A stretch of 64,000 nt of DNA from Candidatus Palauibacter soopunensis (GTDB lineage Bacteria > Gemmatimonadota > Gemmatimonadetes > Palauibacterales > Palauibacteraceae), in contig NZ_CANPVT010000024.1 of the NCBI RefSeq assembly GCF_947581735.1, positions 52,243-116,242 of the forward strand, written 5' to 3'. Under the pieces are notes generated by a model. The model was not told the DNA's origin. It did not search any database and worked only from the letters and a program-made list of their open reading frames with translations. Positions 9,204-18,469 of the stretch are shown here, in pieces (positions within the stretch are counted from its first letter, which is position 1; every line of letters begins with the position of its first letter). The position numbers and the translations under genes were made by a program.

Positions 9204-9214
9204 CGAATCGCCCG

Positions 9215-9439
9215 CTAGCTGAGCTTGCGCCAGCCGAGGATCAATCCGGCGGGCAGGAACACCACATAGCCCAGGACGAGCAGGAGCGGTGCGGCCGTCA
9301 CGGACCCCCGGTCGAGCAGCACGTACCCGGCGGCGATCGACGTGAGGCCGAGCGCGAACGCCACGTAGTTGGCCACTCCGAACTGGAGGCCTCGGGCGGG
9401 GGCGTCCCCGCTCCGCCGGTCGCGTCTTCCCTGATTCAT
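9215..9439 (-). CDS. Small two-TM membrane protein, unknown function
   Basis: 74 aa, ATG start. It has a basic N-terminus followed by FGVANYVAFALGLTSIAAGYVLL and AAPLLLVLGYVVFLPAGLILG. Confidence 0.5.
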   Translation of the reverse strand: MNQGRRDRRSGDAPARGLQFGVANYVAFALGLTSIAAGYVLLDRGSVTAAPLLLVLGYVVFLPAGLILGWRKLS

Positions 9440-9512
9440 GTGCGGACGCTAGACGTCCCTCCGACATGCGTCAACCGCCACGGAGGCGCGTTCCCGGCCC
9501 GCCGGGAGCACG

Positions 9513-10505
9513 TCACGAACTCGCCCGGGCCCATTCCGCGGCCTCCCGGAGCGGCGAAGGCAACGGCGAGGCGAAGGACAGCGCCTCGCCGGTTCCGGGG
9601 TGCTCGAACGCGAGGTGCGCGGCGTGCAGGAAGAGCCGCCCGGCCCGGCGCCGGAGCGCGGTGGCCCAGCGGCCGCCCGCGCCGCCGAACCCCCGTTCCC
9701 AGTCCGGCCCGTAGATGGGATCCGCGACGACCGGGTGTCCGAGCGATCCGAGGTGTACCCGAATCTGGTGCGTCCTCCCCGTGGCGAGCCGCACGGCGAG
9801 CAGTTCCGCGGCGTTCCAGCGTTCCAAGCGCTTGAAGTGCGTCACCGCGGGCCGTCCGGCCTCGCGCACGGCCATCCGCTTCCGGTCGCGCGGGTCGCGC
9901 CCGATCGGGCGATCCACCGTGAAGCGTTCTTCGTCGAGGTGTCCCCAGGCCGCCGCGACGTACCCGCGCTCGACCTCGCGGCGCCGGAGCGCGGCGGACA
10001 GCGCCCGATGCGCCTCGTCCCGGCGCGCGACGAGCATGAGCCCGCTCGTGTCCTTGTCCAGCCGGTGCACGATCCCGGGCCGGCGGTCTCCCCCGATGCT
10101 CGACAGGCCGCCGAGGTGAAAGAGGAGGGCGTTCACGAGCGTGCCTCCCGGATGACCGGGCGCGGGGTGGACGACGAGTCCGGCGGGTTTCTCGACGACC
10201 GCGAGGTCGTCGTCCGCGTATCGGATCGCGACGGGGATGTCCTCGGGCTCCAGCCGGGTGGAGACCGGGGGCGGCAGTTCGATCTCGATTCGATCTCCCG
10301 CCCGCGGCCGGTACCGCTTCCGCATGACCTGTCCACCGACGGTCACGTGGCCGTCGGCGATGAGTTGCGCGACCCGGGCCCGGCTCAGGGAGAGACGTTC
10401 GGCCAGCAGGCGGTCGAGCCGGTCGGGGGCCGCGTCCTCGCCCTCGCCGATCTCGATGAGCCGCCGCCCGCCCGCGCCCTCCGCATCGGATTCGGGCGGA
10501 CTCAC
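9513..10505 (-). CDS. rluD: RluA-family 23S rRNA pseudouridine synthase (RluD-like) with S4 domain
   Basis: S4 region RLDRLLAERLSLSRARVAQLIADGHVTVGG and catalytic motif GIVHRLDKDTSGLML. Confidence 0.9.
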   Translation of the reverse strand: MSPPESDAEGAGGRRLIEIGEGEDAAPDRLDRLLAERLSLSRARVAQLIADGHVTVGGQVMRKRYRPRAGDRIEIELPPPVSTRLEPEDIPVAIRYADDDLAVVEKPAGLVVHPAPGHPGGTLVNALLFHLGGLSSIGGDRRPGIVHRLDKDTSGLMLVARRDEAHRALSAALRRREVERGYVAAAWGHLDEERFTVDRPIGRDPRDRKRMAVREAGRPAVTHFKRLERWNAAELLAVRLATGRTHQIRVHLGSLGHPVVADPIYGPDWERGFGGAGGRWATALRRRAGRLFLHAAHLAFEHPGTGEALSFASPLPSPLREAAEWARASS

Positions 10506-10506
10506 T

Positions 10507-11064
10507 TCACTCGGGGGTCGCCTCCGCCGCCGCAGCCGCCACTTCCCTCTCGCGCCGGCCCTCGAGCCAGAACGAGATCAGCAGCAGCACCGCGCCGACC
10601 GTCACGGCGGAATCCGCGATGTTGAAGATGGGGAAACGGCTGGCCCCGATGCCGAAGTCGAGGAAGTCCACGACCCCCGCTTCCAGCCGGATGCGATCCC
10701 AGATGTTGCCGAGCGCGCCGGCCGATACGAGCGAGATGGCGAGGACGCGAAGCCGATCGGAGGACGGGGTGCCGCGATAGAGGACGCCGAGCACGCCGAG
10801 CGCGATCAGGGAGAGGATGAGAAAGAAGATCCGGGAATGTTCGCCGATGTCGAGCCCGAAGGCGGCGCCGCGGTTGTGCGTGTAGGTGAAGCGGAAGAAG
10901 TCGCCGATCACCGGCGTCCGTTCGTACAGTTCGAACGTGTTCATGACCCACGCCTTGGTCGCGATGTCCAGCGCGAGGATGACCACGATCGGGACGAGCG
11001 TCAGCCAGAGGCGGGCGGCGAGATCGCCGTTGCCCGGCAGAGCGGACGACTCCTGGTCACGCAC
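10507..11064 (-). CDS. lspA: Lipoprotein signal peptidase (signal peptidase II)
   Basis: 185 aa membrane protein with NRGAAFG and FPIFNIADSAVTVGAVLLL motifs. Confidence 0.9.
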   Translation of the reverse strand: MRDQESSALPGNGDLAARLWLTLVPIVVILALDIATKAWVMNTFELYERTPVIGDFFRFTYTHNRGAAFGLDIGEHSRIFFLILSLIALGVLGVLYRGTPSSDRLRVLAISLVSAGALGNIWDRIRLEAGVVDFLDFGIGASRFPIFNIADSAVTVGAVLLLISFWLEGRREREVAAAAAEATPE

Positions 11065-11443
11065 CCGTCTCCTCCTTCTCCTTGCACCGGATACAGAGCC
11101 GCGCGTGCGGGAGGGCGTCGAGCCGCTCGAAGCTGATCTCGTCGCCGCAGTGCTCGCACTGGCCGAATTGCTCCGGGTTCCGATAGAGCCGCCTCAGCGC
11201 CTCGTCGATGTGGTAGAGCAGCCGACCCTCCTTGCTCGCGAACAGGAACGCCTTCTCCCGCTCCATGGCGTCCGTCCCCTGGTCCGCCATATGGAAGCTG
11301 TAGGCGGCCAGATCGCTATCCGCGCCCTGGAGGGAACTCGTGAACGAGTCGTCGTACTGGCCGAGCTCCCGCGTCGCGCGCGACCGGGCCGCCAGCAGTC
11401 TCTTCTCGATGTGTTTCCGTTGTTCCGCGTTCATCCTTCTCAA
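11057..11443 (-). CDS. DksA/TraR-family C4 zinc-finger protein
   Basis: CEHCGDEISFERLDALPHARLCIRCKE. The TTG at 11443 forms TTGA with the ileS stop, and an ATG at 11434 is an alternative start. Confidence 0.8.
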   Translation of the reverse strand: MRRMNAEQRKHIEKRLLAARSRATRELGQYDDSFTSSLQGADSDLAAYSFHMADQGTDAMEREKAFLFASKEGRLLYHIDEALRRLYRNPEQFGQCEHCGDEISFERLDALPHARLCIRCKEKEETGA

Positions 11444-14400
11444 GCGCGTTCGCCGACCCCGCCGATTCCGATGCGGACCTCGACGTCGTCGATCTTCACC
11501 ACGGCCGTATTCAGGCCTTCCCCGGGGGCCGACCCGGTCTGCACTTCCACAGCCAGCGTCTCGCCGGCGATGTAGTCCGCATGAGTCGAAACGGCCCGTT
11601 CCAGATCCCGCGGACCCGCCACGCCGAGGCGGATGCGGTCGGCGACCTCGAGCCCCGCATCGCGCCGCAGCCGCTGGACGCGGTTCACGATCTCCCGCGC
11701 GTAACCTTCGTCGCGCAGCGCGTCATCGATATCGGTATCCAGGGCCGCGAGGTAACCGCCTCCGGTCGCCACGGCGAGGTCGGTGAGCGTTTCCTCCTGA
11801 ATCACGAGGTCTTCGGGCGTCACCCGAACCCGCGCGCCTCCGATCTCGATGTCGAGCGTTCCCCCGTCCCTGAGCCGTCTCAGGGCAGCCGCATCCAGGT
11901 TCGCGATCCCGGCCGCGACCGCCGGCGTACGCGCTCCGTGTTTCGGACCCAGCGCCCCGAACCGCGGCTTCGCGTATAGCCGGGTAAGATCTTCGCTGTC
12001 CCCCAGCGACACAACCTTTTTTACGTTGAGTTCTTCCATCGCCAGCGCCGCCATCGGGTCCGTGAGCACCCGCCCCTCCGGCAAAACCGCGTGCAAGGTG
12101 CGCAGCGGCTGCCGAATCCGGACCCCCGCCTTTTCCCGCGCGGCGCGGCCCAGCGCCACCAGGCGCCGAACGTCGTCCATCGCCTGTTCGAGTTCGGGCT
12201 CCGAATGCCCCTCGGGCTTCGGGAAATCCGCCAGGTGGACGGACGTTTCGTCCGTGAGCGCCCGATACAGCCAGTCGGACATGAACGGGGCGTACGGGGC
12301 GAGCAGCCGCGCGGTCGTGGCGAGACAATCGTGGAGCGTCGCGAAGGCATCGGCGCTCGCGGCCGCCACCCCCGGCTGCGTCGCCCAAAAGCGGTCGCGG
12401 CTCCGGCGCACGTACCAGTTCGACACGTCGTCGAGCACGAACTCCTGGATGGTGCGCGCGCCGGCCGTGAGATCGAACGACTCCAGCGCCTCCCCCACGA
12501 GCCGCACGACCCGGTCGAGGCGGGCGAGCACCCAGCGGTCGAGGTCGCCGCGGTCGGAAACGGGGACCGCCGCGGACGCGGCGTGGGACCAGCCCTCCTC
12601 GTTCGCATAGAGGGCGAAGAAGCGATACGTGTGACGAAGCGTGGCGAACAGCTTGCGGTCGGTTTCACGCAGCGCCGAAGGGTCCCACCGTTTCGGTACC
12701 CACGGGTTGGACCCCGAGAGAAAGTAGAAGCGCGTGACGTCGGCCCCGTAGGTGTCGAGCGCGTCACGCGGATCCACGGCGTTGCCCCGCGACTTCGACA
12801 TCTTGCGTCCCTTTGCGTCGAGCACCTGGTCGTTGACGACGACGGCCCGGAACGGCGCGCGGTCGAAGAGGATCGTGGACAGCGCGATGAGCGAGTAGAA
12901 CCAGCCGCGTGTCTGGTCGACGCCCTCGGCGATGTAGTCGGCCGGGAAGTAGCGCTCGAAGGTGTCCCGGTTCTCGAACGGATAGTGCCACTGGGCGTAG
13001 GGCATGGATCCGGAGTCGAACCACGCGTCGGCGACTTCCGGCACGCGCCGCATCGTGCCGCCGCACGCGTCGGCCGTGCAGCTCCACTCGTATCCGTCGA
13101 TCCCCGGGCGGTGGGGATCGAAGTCCTCGGGGAGGCCGCCGACGCGGCGTCCCAGTTCCGCAAAGGACCCGAGCACCTCGCGGTGTCCGTCATCCTCGGA
13201 GCAGAGCCAGATGGGGAGGGGGGTTCCCCAGTACCGCTCGCGCGAGAGCGCCCAGTCGACGTTGTTCTGCAACCACTCGCCCATGCGGCCGGATCCCGTC
13301 TCGGGCGGATGCCAGTCGATGGACGCGTTGTGCTCGAGCAGGCGCGACTTCACGGCGGTCGTCCGGATGTACCACGAGTCGCGCGCCATGTAGAGAAGCG
13401 CGCTGTCGCAGCGCCAACAGTGGGGATAGCTGTGCTCGTACATCTCGCGCAGGTACAGCTGGTCATGCGCGACGGCCCAGTCGCGGAGCGCGCGTTCGGT
13501 CTCTCGATCCTTCACGTGCATGCCGGCGAGTCCGCCCGGCACGGCGTCGAGAAAGCGCCCATCTTCGCCGACCGTGTGCTGCATCGGCAGTCCCGCCGCC
13601 TCGCCCAGCCGAAAGTCGTCCTCCCCGTACATCACCGCGGTGTGGACGACACCCGTCCCTTCGTCGACCGTGACGAAGTCCGCCTCGAGCACCGTCCACG
13701 CGGTATCGGAGCCGGCCCCGTCCACCGCTCCCGGGAAGAGCGGGCGGTAGCGTCGCCCGGCGAGTTCACCGGCGCGCACTTCCCCGACGATCTCGTACGG
13801 GTGCCGCAGCACCGCGGAGACGCGGTCGCGGGCCAGGATGAGTACTTCTCCCGGCGACGCCCCGCCGGGCCCGTCGTGCGCCCGCGCGGGAGTCGTGCCA
13901 CCGTCCGCGCCCTCGGGCAGGACGCGTACGCGGACATAGGGGATGTCGAGCCCCACCGCGAGGCCGAGGTTGCCCGGAAGCGTCCACGGGGTCGTGGTCC
14001 AGCTCAGGATCCGCGCGCCGTCCGGGTCGTCCACGAGATGGAACTTGATGAAGACCGCGGGCTCGGTGACGTCCCGGTAGCCCTGAGCCACCTCGTGGCT
14101 CGAGAGGCCCGTGCCGCAGCGCGGACACGTCGGGATGACGCGGTATCCTCGGTACAGCAGACCCCGCTTCTCGATCTCCGAGAGCGCCCACCAGCCCGAC
14201 TCGATGAACTCGCTCGAGTACGTGACGTAGGGGTCGCCGTAGTCCAGCCAGTAGCCGATGTCCCGCGACAGCCGCTCCCAGGCGTCCTGGTAGCGGAACA
14301 CGTTGTTCCGGCACTTGTCGTTGAACTTTCGGATGCCGTAGCGCTCGATGTCCGGCTTGCCGGAGATGCCGAGCGAACGCTCGACCTCGAGCTCCACCGG

Positions 14401-14667
14401 CAGCCCATGGGTGTCCCAGCCCGCCTTCCGCGGCACGTGGTAACCGGACATGGTGCGGTATCGCGCCACCGTGTCCTTGATCGTGCGGGCCAGGATGTGA
14501 TGGACGCCGGGCGCGGCGTTCGCGGTCGGCGGCCCCTCGTAGAACACGAAGTCCGGCGCCTCCGCTCGGGCCGCGAGGCTGCGCTCGAAGGTCTTCTCTT
14601 CCTCCCAGCGTCCGAGGACTTCGGCTTCGAGCCCGCGTACGGACTCCGGTATCGGCCGGTAGGCCAT
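11440..14667 (-). CDS. ileS: Isoleucyl-tRNA synthetase (long, type-2-like form)
   Basis: 1075 aa. HIGH-region PPTANAAPGVHHILARTIKD, KMSKS present, and the class-I editing-domain length. Confidence 0.97.
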   Translation of the reverse strand: MAYRPIPESVRGLEAEVLGRWEEEKTFERSLAARAEAPDFVFYEGPPTANAAPGVHHILARTIKDTVARYRTMSGYHVPRKAGWDTHGLPVELEVERSLGISGKPDIERYGIRKFNDKCRNNVFRYQDAWERLSRDIGYWLDYGDPYVTYSSEFIESGWWALSEIEKRGLLYRGYRVIPTCPRCGTGLSSHEVAQGYRDVTEPAVFIKFHLVDDPDGARILSWTTTPWTLPGNLGLAVGLDIPYVRVRVLPEGADGGTTPARAHDGPGGASPGEVLILARDRVSAVLRHPYEIVGEVRAGELAGRRYRPLFPGAVDGAGSDTAWTVLEADFVTVDEGTGVVHTAVMYGEDDFRLGEAAGLPMQHTVGEDGRFLDAVPGGLAGMHVKDRETERALRDWAVAHDQLYLREMYEHSYPHCWRCDSALLYMARDSWYIRTTAVKSRLLEHNASIDWHPPETGSGRMGEWLQNNVDWALSRERYWGTPLPIWLCSEDDGHREVLGSFAELGRRVGGLPEDFDPHRPGIDGYEWSCTADACGGTMRRVPEVADAWFDSGSMPYAQWHYPFENRDTFERYFPADYIAEGVDQTRGWFYSLIALSTILFDRAPFRAVVVNDQVLDAKGRKMSKSRGNAVDPRDALDTYGADVTRFYFLSGSNPWVPKRWDPSALRETDRKLFATLRHTYRFFALYANEEGWSHAASAAVPVSDRGDLDRWVLARLDRVVRLVGEALESFDLTAGARTIQEFVLDDVSNWYVRRSRDRFWATQPGVAAASADAFATLHDCLATTARLLAPYAPFMSDWLYRALTDETSVHLADFPKPEGHSEPELEQAMDDVRRLVALGRAAREKAGVRIRQPLRTLHAVLPEGRVLTDPMAALAMEELNVKKVVSLGDSEDLTRLYAKPRFGALGPKHGARTPAVAAGIANLDAAALRRLRDGGTLDIEIGGARVRVTPEDLVIQEETLTDLAVATGGGYLAALDTDIDDALRDEGYAREIVNRVQRLRRDAGLEVADRIRLGVAGPRDLERAVSTHADYIAGETLAVEVQTGSAPGEGLNTAVVKIDDVEVRIGIGGVGERA

Positions 14668-14727
14668 GGAGGTGCTCCGTCTGGTTATTCCTGGATCGTC
14701 GACGTAGTCGTCGGAACGGCGGGCGCG

Positions 14728-14744
14728 CGCAGCGGGGCGCTGCG
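14728..14744 (-). terminator. 7-bp GC stem-loop (CGCAGCG-CCC-CGCTGCG) just after the divIVA stop; possible terminator/processing hairpin without U-tract
   Basis: Seen directly in the 78-nt divIVA-ileS spacer. There is no T-run, so function is uncertain. Confidence 0.25.
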
Positions 14745-14745
14745 G

Positions 14746-15372
14746 TCAGGTCGACGCGGCGCCCGAACCGCCGACGTCGACCCGGCTAATCGATGGCGGC
14801 GGGGGTTCGGGATTGGATTCCGGAGCCACGGACTCGGCGGCAACGTCGCGGGCCCCGTCTCCTATCGCTCGCAGCCGTTCGATGAACCCATCGAGATCGC
14901 TCGATCCCTCCCCGAACCGTTCATCTTCGAAGTCGAGGTATTCGTCGAAGCGCTCGAACAGTTTCCGCAGCGAGGCGAGAAAGCGGCCCCGGGTCGCCTT
15001 CAGGTCTTCGACCTTCTCGTGGCAGAGGCGGACGGCGCGCTCCGCGTCGGCGAGAACCGCACCCGCGCGAATCTCGGCCTCGCGGACCCGCACGCCCGCA
15101 TCGCGCTCGGACTGCAGGCGGGCTTCCTCGCGCAGCTCCTGTGCGGCCAGAAGCGCTTCGTTGAGCGCCCTCTCGCGGGCCCTGTAGCTCTCCAACTGGT
15201 GTTTCTGCTGCTCGATCCGGTCGCTGAGTACGACCTGCTCGCGCACGTACCGTTCGAGGCAATCCGCCACGACCGCGAGAAACGCATCGACCTGCTGTGC
15301 GTCGTATCCGCGCACGGAACGCCTGAAGTCGTCCTTCTTCTTGCGGACGTCGAGCGGTGTCAGGTCGATCAT
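14746..15372 (-). CDS. divIVA: DivIVA-domain cell-division/polarity protein
   Basis: The N-terminus MIDLTPLDVRKKKDDFRRSVRGYDAQQVDAFL is the DivIVA signature, followed by a coiled-coil-rich region. The ATG overlaps the yggS stop as ATGA. Confidence 0.85.
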   Translation of the reverse strand: MIDLTPLDVRKKKDDFRRSVRGYDAQQVDAFLAVVADCLERYVREQVVLSDRIEQQKHQLESYRARERALNEALLAAQELREEARLQSERDAGVRVREAEIRAGAVLADAERAVRLCHEKVEDLKATRGRFLASLRKLFERFDEYLDFEDERFGEGSSDLDGFIERLRAIGDGARDVAAESVAPESNPEPPPPSISRVDVGGSGAAST

Positions 15373-16145
15373 CTCTCCCCCAGTAGCACCGTGCCGAGCC
15401 GCACCCGCGTGCTCCCCTCCTCGATCGCGATCTCGAAGTCGTTGCTCATCCCCATCGAGAGCGCCCGGCCCTCGAAGCCCGGGATCTCCGCCCGGCAGCG
15501 CTCCAGCAGCCGCGCGGCGCCACGAAACGCGGGCCGGACCACGGCTTCGTCCGCCGTGAAGGGCGCCATCGTCATCAGTCCGGCCACGCGCAGACCGGGC
15601 AGCTCACAGATCTCGGCCGCGGCGTCGAGCGCCGCATCCGGGCCCAGGCCGGCCTTCGCGGCCTCCCCCGACGTGTTCACCTGCACGAGCACTTCGACCG
15701 GCTTGCAACCCTCCTCCTCGATGATCCGGCTCAGCGCGCCCGCGAGCCGCACGCTGTCCACGGACTCGACGACATCGAACAGCCGGACCGCGCGCCGCGC
15801 CTTGTTGCGCTGCAGCCGACCGATCAGGTGCCACGCGACGCCGGGCGTCGGCCCCAGCTCCGACCGCTTGGCTTCGGCCTCCTGCACCCGGTTTTCGCCG
15901 ATCCGGCCCACGCCGAGCGCCTTCACGATCTCGATCCCCCGAGCGGGATGTCCCTTCGTCACGGGGAGGATCTCGACGTCGCTCGCGCGCCGTCCGGCCC
16001 GACTCGCCGCGGCCTCGATGCGCTCCGTCACCCTGGCCAGCCGGGCCTCGACCTGAGAGCGCCCGGCGTCGCGTTGGCGTCGCCGGGCGCTCTGTCGTCG
16101 CCTCGAGTCCGCGGGACGGGCTAGATCACCTGGAACGTCACCCAC
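15369..16145 (-). CDS. yggS: YggS-family pyridoxal-phosphate homeostasis protein
   Basis: ILPVTKGHP (PLP lysine), GENRVQEA and LSMGMSNDFEIAIEEGSTRVRLGTVLLG. The only canonical start (GTG 16145) adds an Arg-rich ~25-aa extension overlapping tonB, so the start is uncertain. Confidence 0.85.
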   Translation of the reverse strand: MGDVPGDLARPADSRRRQSARRRQRDAGRSQVEARLARVTERIEAAASRAGRRASDVEILPVTKGHPARGIEIVKALGVGRIGENRVQEAEAKRSELGPTPGVAWHLIGRLQRNKARRAVRLFDVVESVDSVRLAGALSRIIEEEGCKPVEVLVQVNTSGEAAKAGLGPDAALDAAAEICELPGLRVAGLMTMAPFTADEAVVRPAFRGAARLLERCRAEIPGFEGRALSMGMSNDFEIAIEEGSTRVRLGTVLLGER

Positions 16146-16783
16146 TGCGAGACCCAGACCGCCGTGACCTTGTCGCGGTTCTTTGCAGGCGTGAATCGCA
16201 TCTGCTGCACGACTTTCCCCGCGGCCTCGTCGAGCAGGCCGTTACCGGAGGAGGTTTTGACCTCGAAGTTCTCGACGGCCCCGCCCTCCGTCACGTAGAG
16301 CCAGAGTTCGACGCGACCGCCGATGCCGGCATCCTTCAGCGTGCGCGGATACTCCCGCTGCAGAATCTGCTGAATCTCACCCCCGTTCAGCATCACCGGA
16401 GGCGTATCGTACGCGATGAAGGACGGCCGGTCCGCCGGGCTCCCGGTCTCGGGAGGCGGAGGCAGGGCGTTGTCCGTCGTGAACGACTCGAACGTCGTTT
16501 CCGCGATCGTGATGTCCTCGGAGATGTCGACCGAGGCGACCCGCGGGGTGGCCGGACGGGCGATCTGCTCCGGCGGCGGCGGGATCTTCACCTCGGGCGG
16601 CAACGCCACCGCCTCGATTTCATCGACCACGACGCCCAGGTCCGCGGCCTCGAACGGACGTACGAGGACGAACAGCCCGAAGTGGAGCGTGACGGCAACC
16701 ATCAGGCCGATCTGTGTCCAGTTGGTGCTCGCTCGCTTGAACTGATCGTTCGCGGTGAGCCGAATGCCGGTCTCTTCCATCAT
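16121..16783 (-). CDS. tonB: TonB-family energy transducer
   Basis: N-terminal TM segment IGLMVAVTLHFGLFVLV, Pro-rich PPEVKIPPPPEQ, and the C-terminal TonB_C-like YPRTLKDAGIGGRVELWLYV...FTPAKNRDKVTAVWV. Confidence 0.8.
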   Translation of the reverse strand: MMEETGIRLTANDQFKRASTNWTQIGLMVAVTLHFGLFVLVRPFEAADLGVVVDEIEAVALPPEVKIPPPPEQIARPATPRVASVDISEDITIAETTFESFTTDNALPPPPETGSPADRPSFIAYDTPPVMLNGGEIQQILQREYPRTLKDAGIGGRVELWLYVTEGGAVENFEVKTSSGNGLLDEAAGKVVQQMRFTPAKNRDKVTAVWVSQWVTFQVI

Positions 16784-16824
16784 TTCTCTCCCGGTCTCCA
16801 GAAGCCCGTGGTGTGCCGCTACCG

Positions 16825-17271
16825 CTAGCGCCGTGCCCGCATGGCGCGCTGCTCGAGTCGCGTGGCGAAGGTGACGCGAACCGCGCCGGACGCCTGCAAT
16901 TCTTCCGTAATCGTATTGATCTGCTGATAAGGTACCTCGGAGTCGCCGCGAATCGCGATCACGAGTTCACGGTTCTCCGCGTAGATCGGCCGAACGGTTT
17001 CCGAGATGTCCTCGAACGGCGTCAGCACGTCGTTGATCCAGACCGACCCGTCGCGCTGAACCCAGAGGTGGAGGATGTTCTGCCGTTTCTCGTCGATCTT
17101 CTCCGTGGCCTCGGCGGTCGTCCACTCGATCTGCCGGTTCCGGTCCTTCCGGAAGACGGTCGTGACCATGAAGAAGATGAGCAGGAGGAACGCGATGTCG
17201 GCCATGGACGAGGTGGGGATCGACCCGTCCGACCCGGACTTTTTCTTGAAGCCGCTGTCCTTGATGGCCAT
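16825..17271 (-). CDS. exbD: ExbD/TolR-family biopolymer transport protein
   Basis: IPTSSMADIAFLLLIFFMVTTVF is the ExbD TM signature with its conserved Asp. Confidence 0.85.
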   Translation of the reverse strand: MAIKDSGFKKKSGSDGSIPTSSMADIAFLLLIFFMVTTVFRKDRNRQIEWTTAEATEKIDEKRQNILHLWVQRDGSVWINDVLTPFEDISETVRPIYAENRELVIAIRGDSEVPYQQINTITEELQASGAVRVTFATRLEQRAMRARR

Positions 17272-17694
17272 CTAGTTCTCCATCTCCTGTAGCGAGATTC
17301 GCTCGGCGCCCGCCAGCTTCACCTCATCGAGCACGTTGACCATGTGACGGTAGGGCGCGTTGGGGTGCGTCTGAATGGCGGCGATGAGGTTCTCGTTGCC
17401 CGCCAGTTCGGTGCGCAGGATGTTCGCCACCTGCGTGTGCGCCACGACCTGTTCCTGTTCGCTCTCGCCCCGGCGCACGATGACGCGGCCGTCAGGCTGC
17501 ACGATGAAGAAGATCAGGTTCCGCCCCGACACATCCTGCTCCTCGGACTGTTCCGGGAGCACGATCGGCAGTCCCCGCTCCTCGTTGAACACCGTCGTCG
17601 TGAGGAAGAAGACCAGGAGGAGGAACGCGATGTCCGCCATCGAAGAGGTCGGGATCTCGTCCGACACCTTCTGCTTGCGTTTCATGATCGCCAT
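17272..17694 (-). CDS. exbD: ExbD/TolR-family biopolymer transport protein (second copy)
   Basis: IPTSSMADIAFLLLVFFLTTTVF. It sits directly abutting the downstream exbD copy. Confidence 0.85.
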   Translation of the reverse strand: MAIMKRKQKVSDEIPTSSMADIAFLLLVFFLTTTVFNEERGLPIVLPEQSEEQDVSGRNLIFFIVQPDGRVIVRRGESEQEQVVAHTQVANILRTELAGNENLIAAIQTHPNAPYRHMVNVLDEVKLAGAERISLQEMEN

Positions 17695-17742
17695 TGTGGA
17701 CTTCTTTCTCCGTTTGTCGCCCCGGGGTACGACCCGGGCTCG

Positions 17743-18408
17743 TCAGCTCGCCCGCGCGCCCCGGTCCTCGAGGTCCCAGATGAGCCCGAGCACCTCCTGC
17801 GCCCCTTCCTCCATGTCGAGGATGAGACGATCGATGCGGGTGACGAAAAAGTTGTAGCCGATGTTGACGGGGATCGCGATCGAAAGCCCCGTCGCGGTCG
17901 TAATGAGCGCCACCTTGATGCCGCCGGCGACGAGGCCCGGCTCGACCTGTCCCGCGATCTCGATGGCCTGGAAGGCGAGAATCATCCCGATCACGGTTCC
18001 GAGGAACCCCAGCATGGGGGCGACGTTGGCGATCGTGCCCAGGACCGTGAGGCCGCGTTCGAGGAAGTCGAGCTCGATCACGCCCGTCGTGGCGATCGCC
18101 TTCTGGATGTCCTTTCCATCGGAGCGCGCATCGCCGCCGCGGTCGCGGAGCCGGCGCAGACCGGCGAGGAGGATGGCCGCGACGGGTCCCCGTGTTTCTT
18201 CAGCCGTCGTGATCGCTTCGCCGAGGCGGCCGCTCACGCCGAGGTTCTCGATCTCCTGGAGCAGCTTCTTCGAGTCGCGGTGGGCAATCGTGAGGGTCCA
18301 CGCCTTGGCCAGCATCACGCCGATCGCGATCAGCGAGCAGAGGACGAGGGGGTACATCATGAACCCGCCATCGGTGAACAGAGTCAGCAGCTCGTACTGA
18401 TTGCCCAT
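17743..18408 (-). CDS. exbB: MotA/TolQ/ExbB proton-channel protein
   Basis: MGNQYELLTLFTDGGFMMYPLVLCSLIAIGV and LGTIANVAPMLGFLGTVIGMILAF. I prefer the ATG at 18408 to the track start at 18510. Confidence 0.85.
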   Translation of the reverse strand: MGNQYELLTLFTDGGFMMYPLVLCSLIAIGVMLAKAWTLTIAHRDSKKLLQEIENLGVSGRLGEAITTAEETRGPVAAILLAGLRRLRDRGGDARSDGKDIQKAIATTGVIELDFLERGLTVLGTIANVAPMLGFLGTVIGMILAFQAIEIAGQVEPGLVAGGIKVALITTATGLSIAIPVNIGYNFFVTRIDRLILDMEEGAQEVLGLIWDLEDRGARAS

Positions 18409-18469
18409 ATCGCCTGCCCGTGAGGGATTTGTCGCCCGATTCCCGGCCTGGTCGTAACTCGCAAAAAGT

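Noticed and set aside
9100-9520. Possible integrated element next to tRNA-Val.
   Set aside because: There is no integrase, no duplicated tRNA 3' segment and no compositional break. The flanking genes are small membrane proteins and core genes packed within 11-13 nt of the tRNA.
14668-14745. T-box or other riboswitch leader upstream of ileS.
   Set aside because: The spacer is only 78 nt and contains just one short GC hairpin. No specifier-loop or T-box consensus is recognisable.
12091-16056. 1321-aa ORF on the plus strand spanning ileS, divIVA and yggS in antisense. Similar giants are at 55516-58938 (antisense to smc), 38289-41105 (antisense to the ABC genes), 44433-46811, 5272-7029, 51136-52923 and 27-1370.
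   Set aside because: Their translations are Arg/Gly/Pro/Ala-rich with no recognisable motifs. They lie opposite genes with unmistakable conserved domains. Stop-poor antisense frames are expected at this G+C content. They are treated as artefacts.
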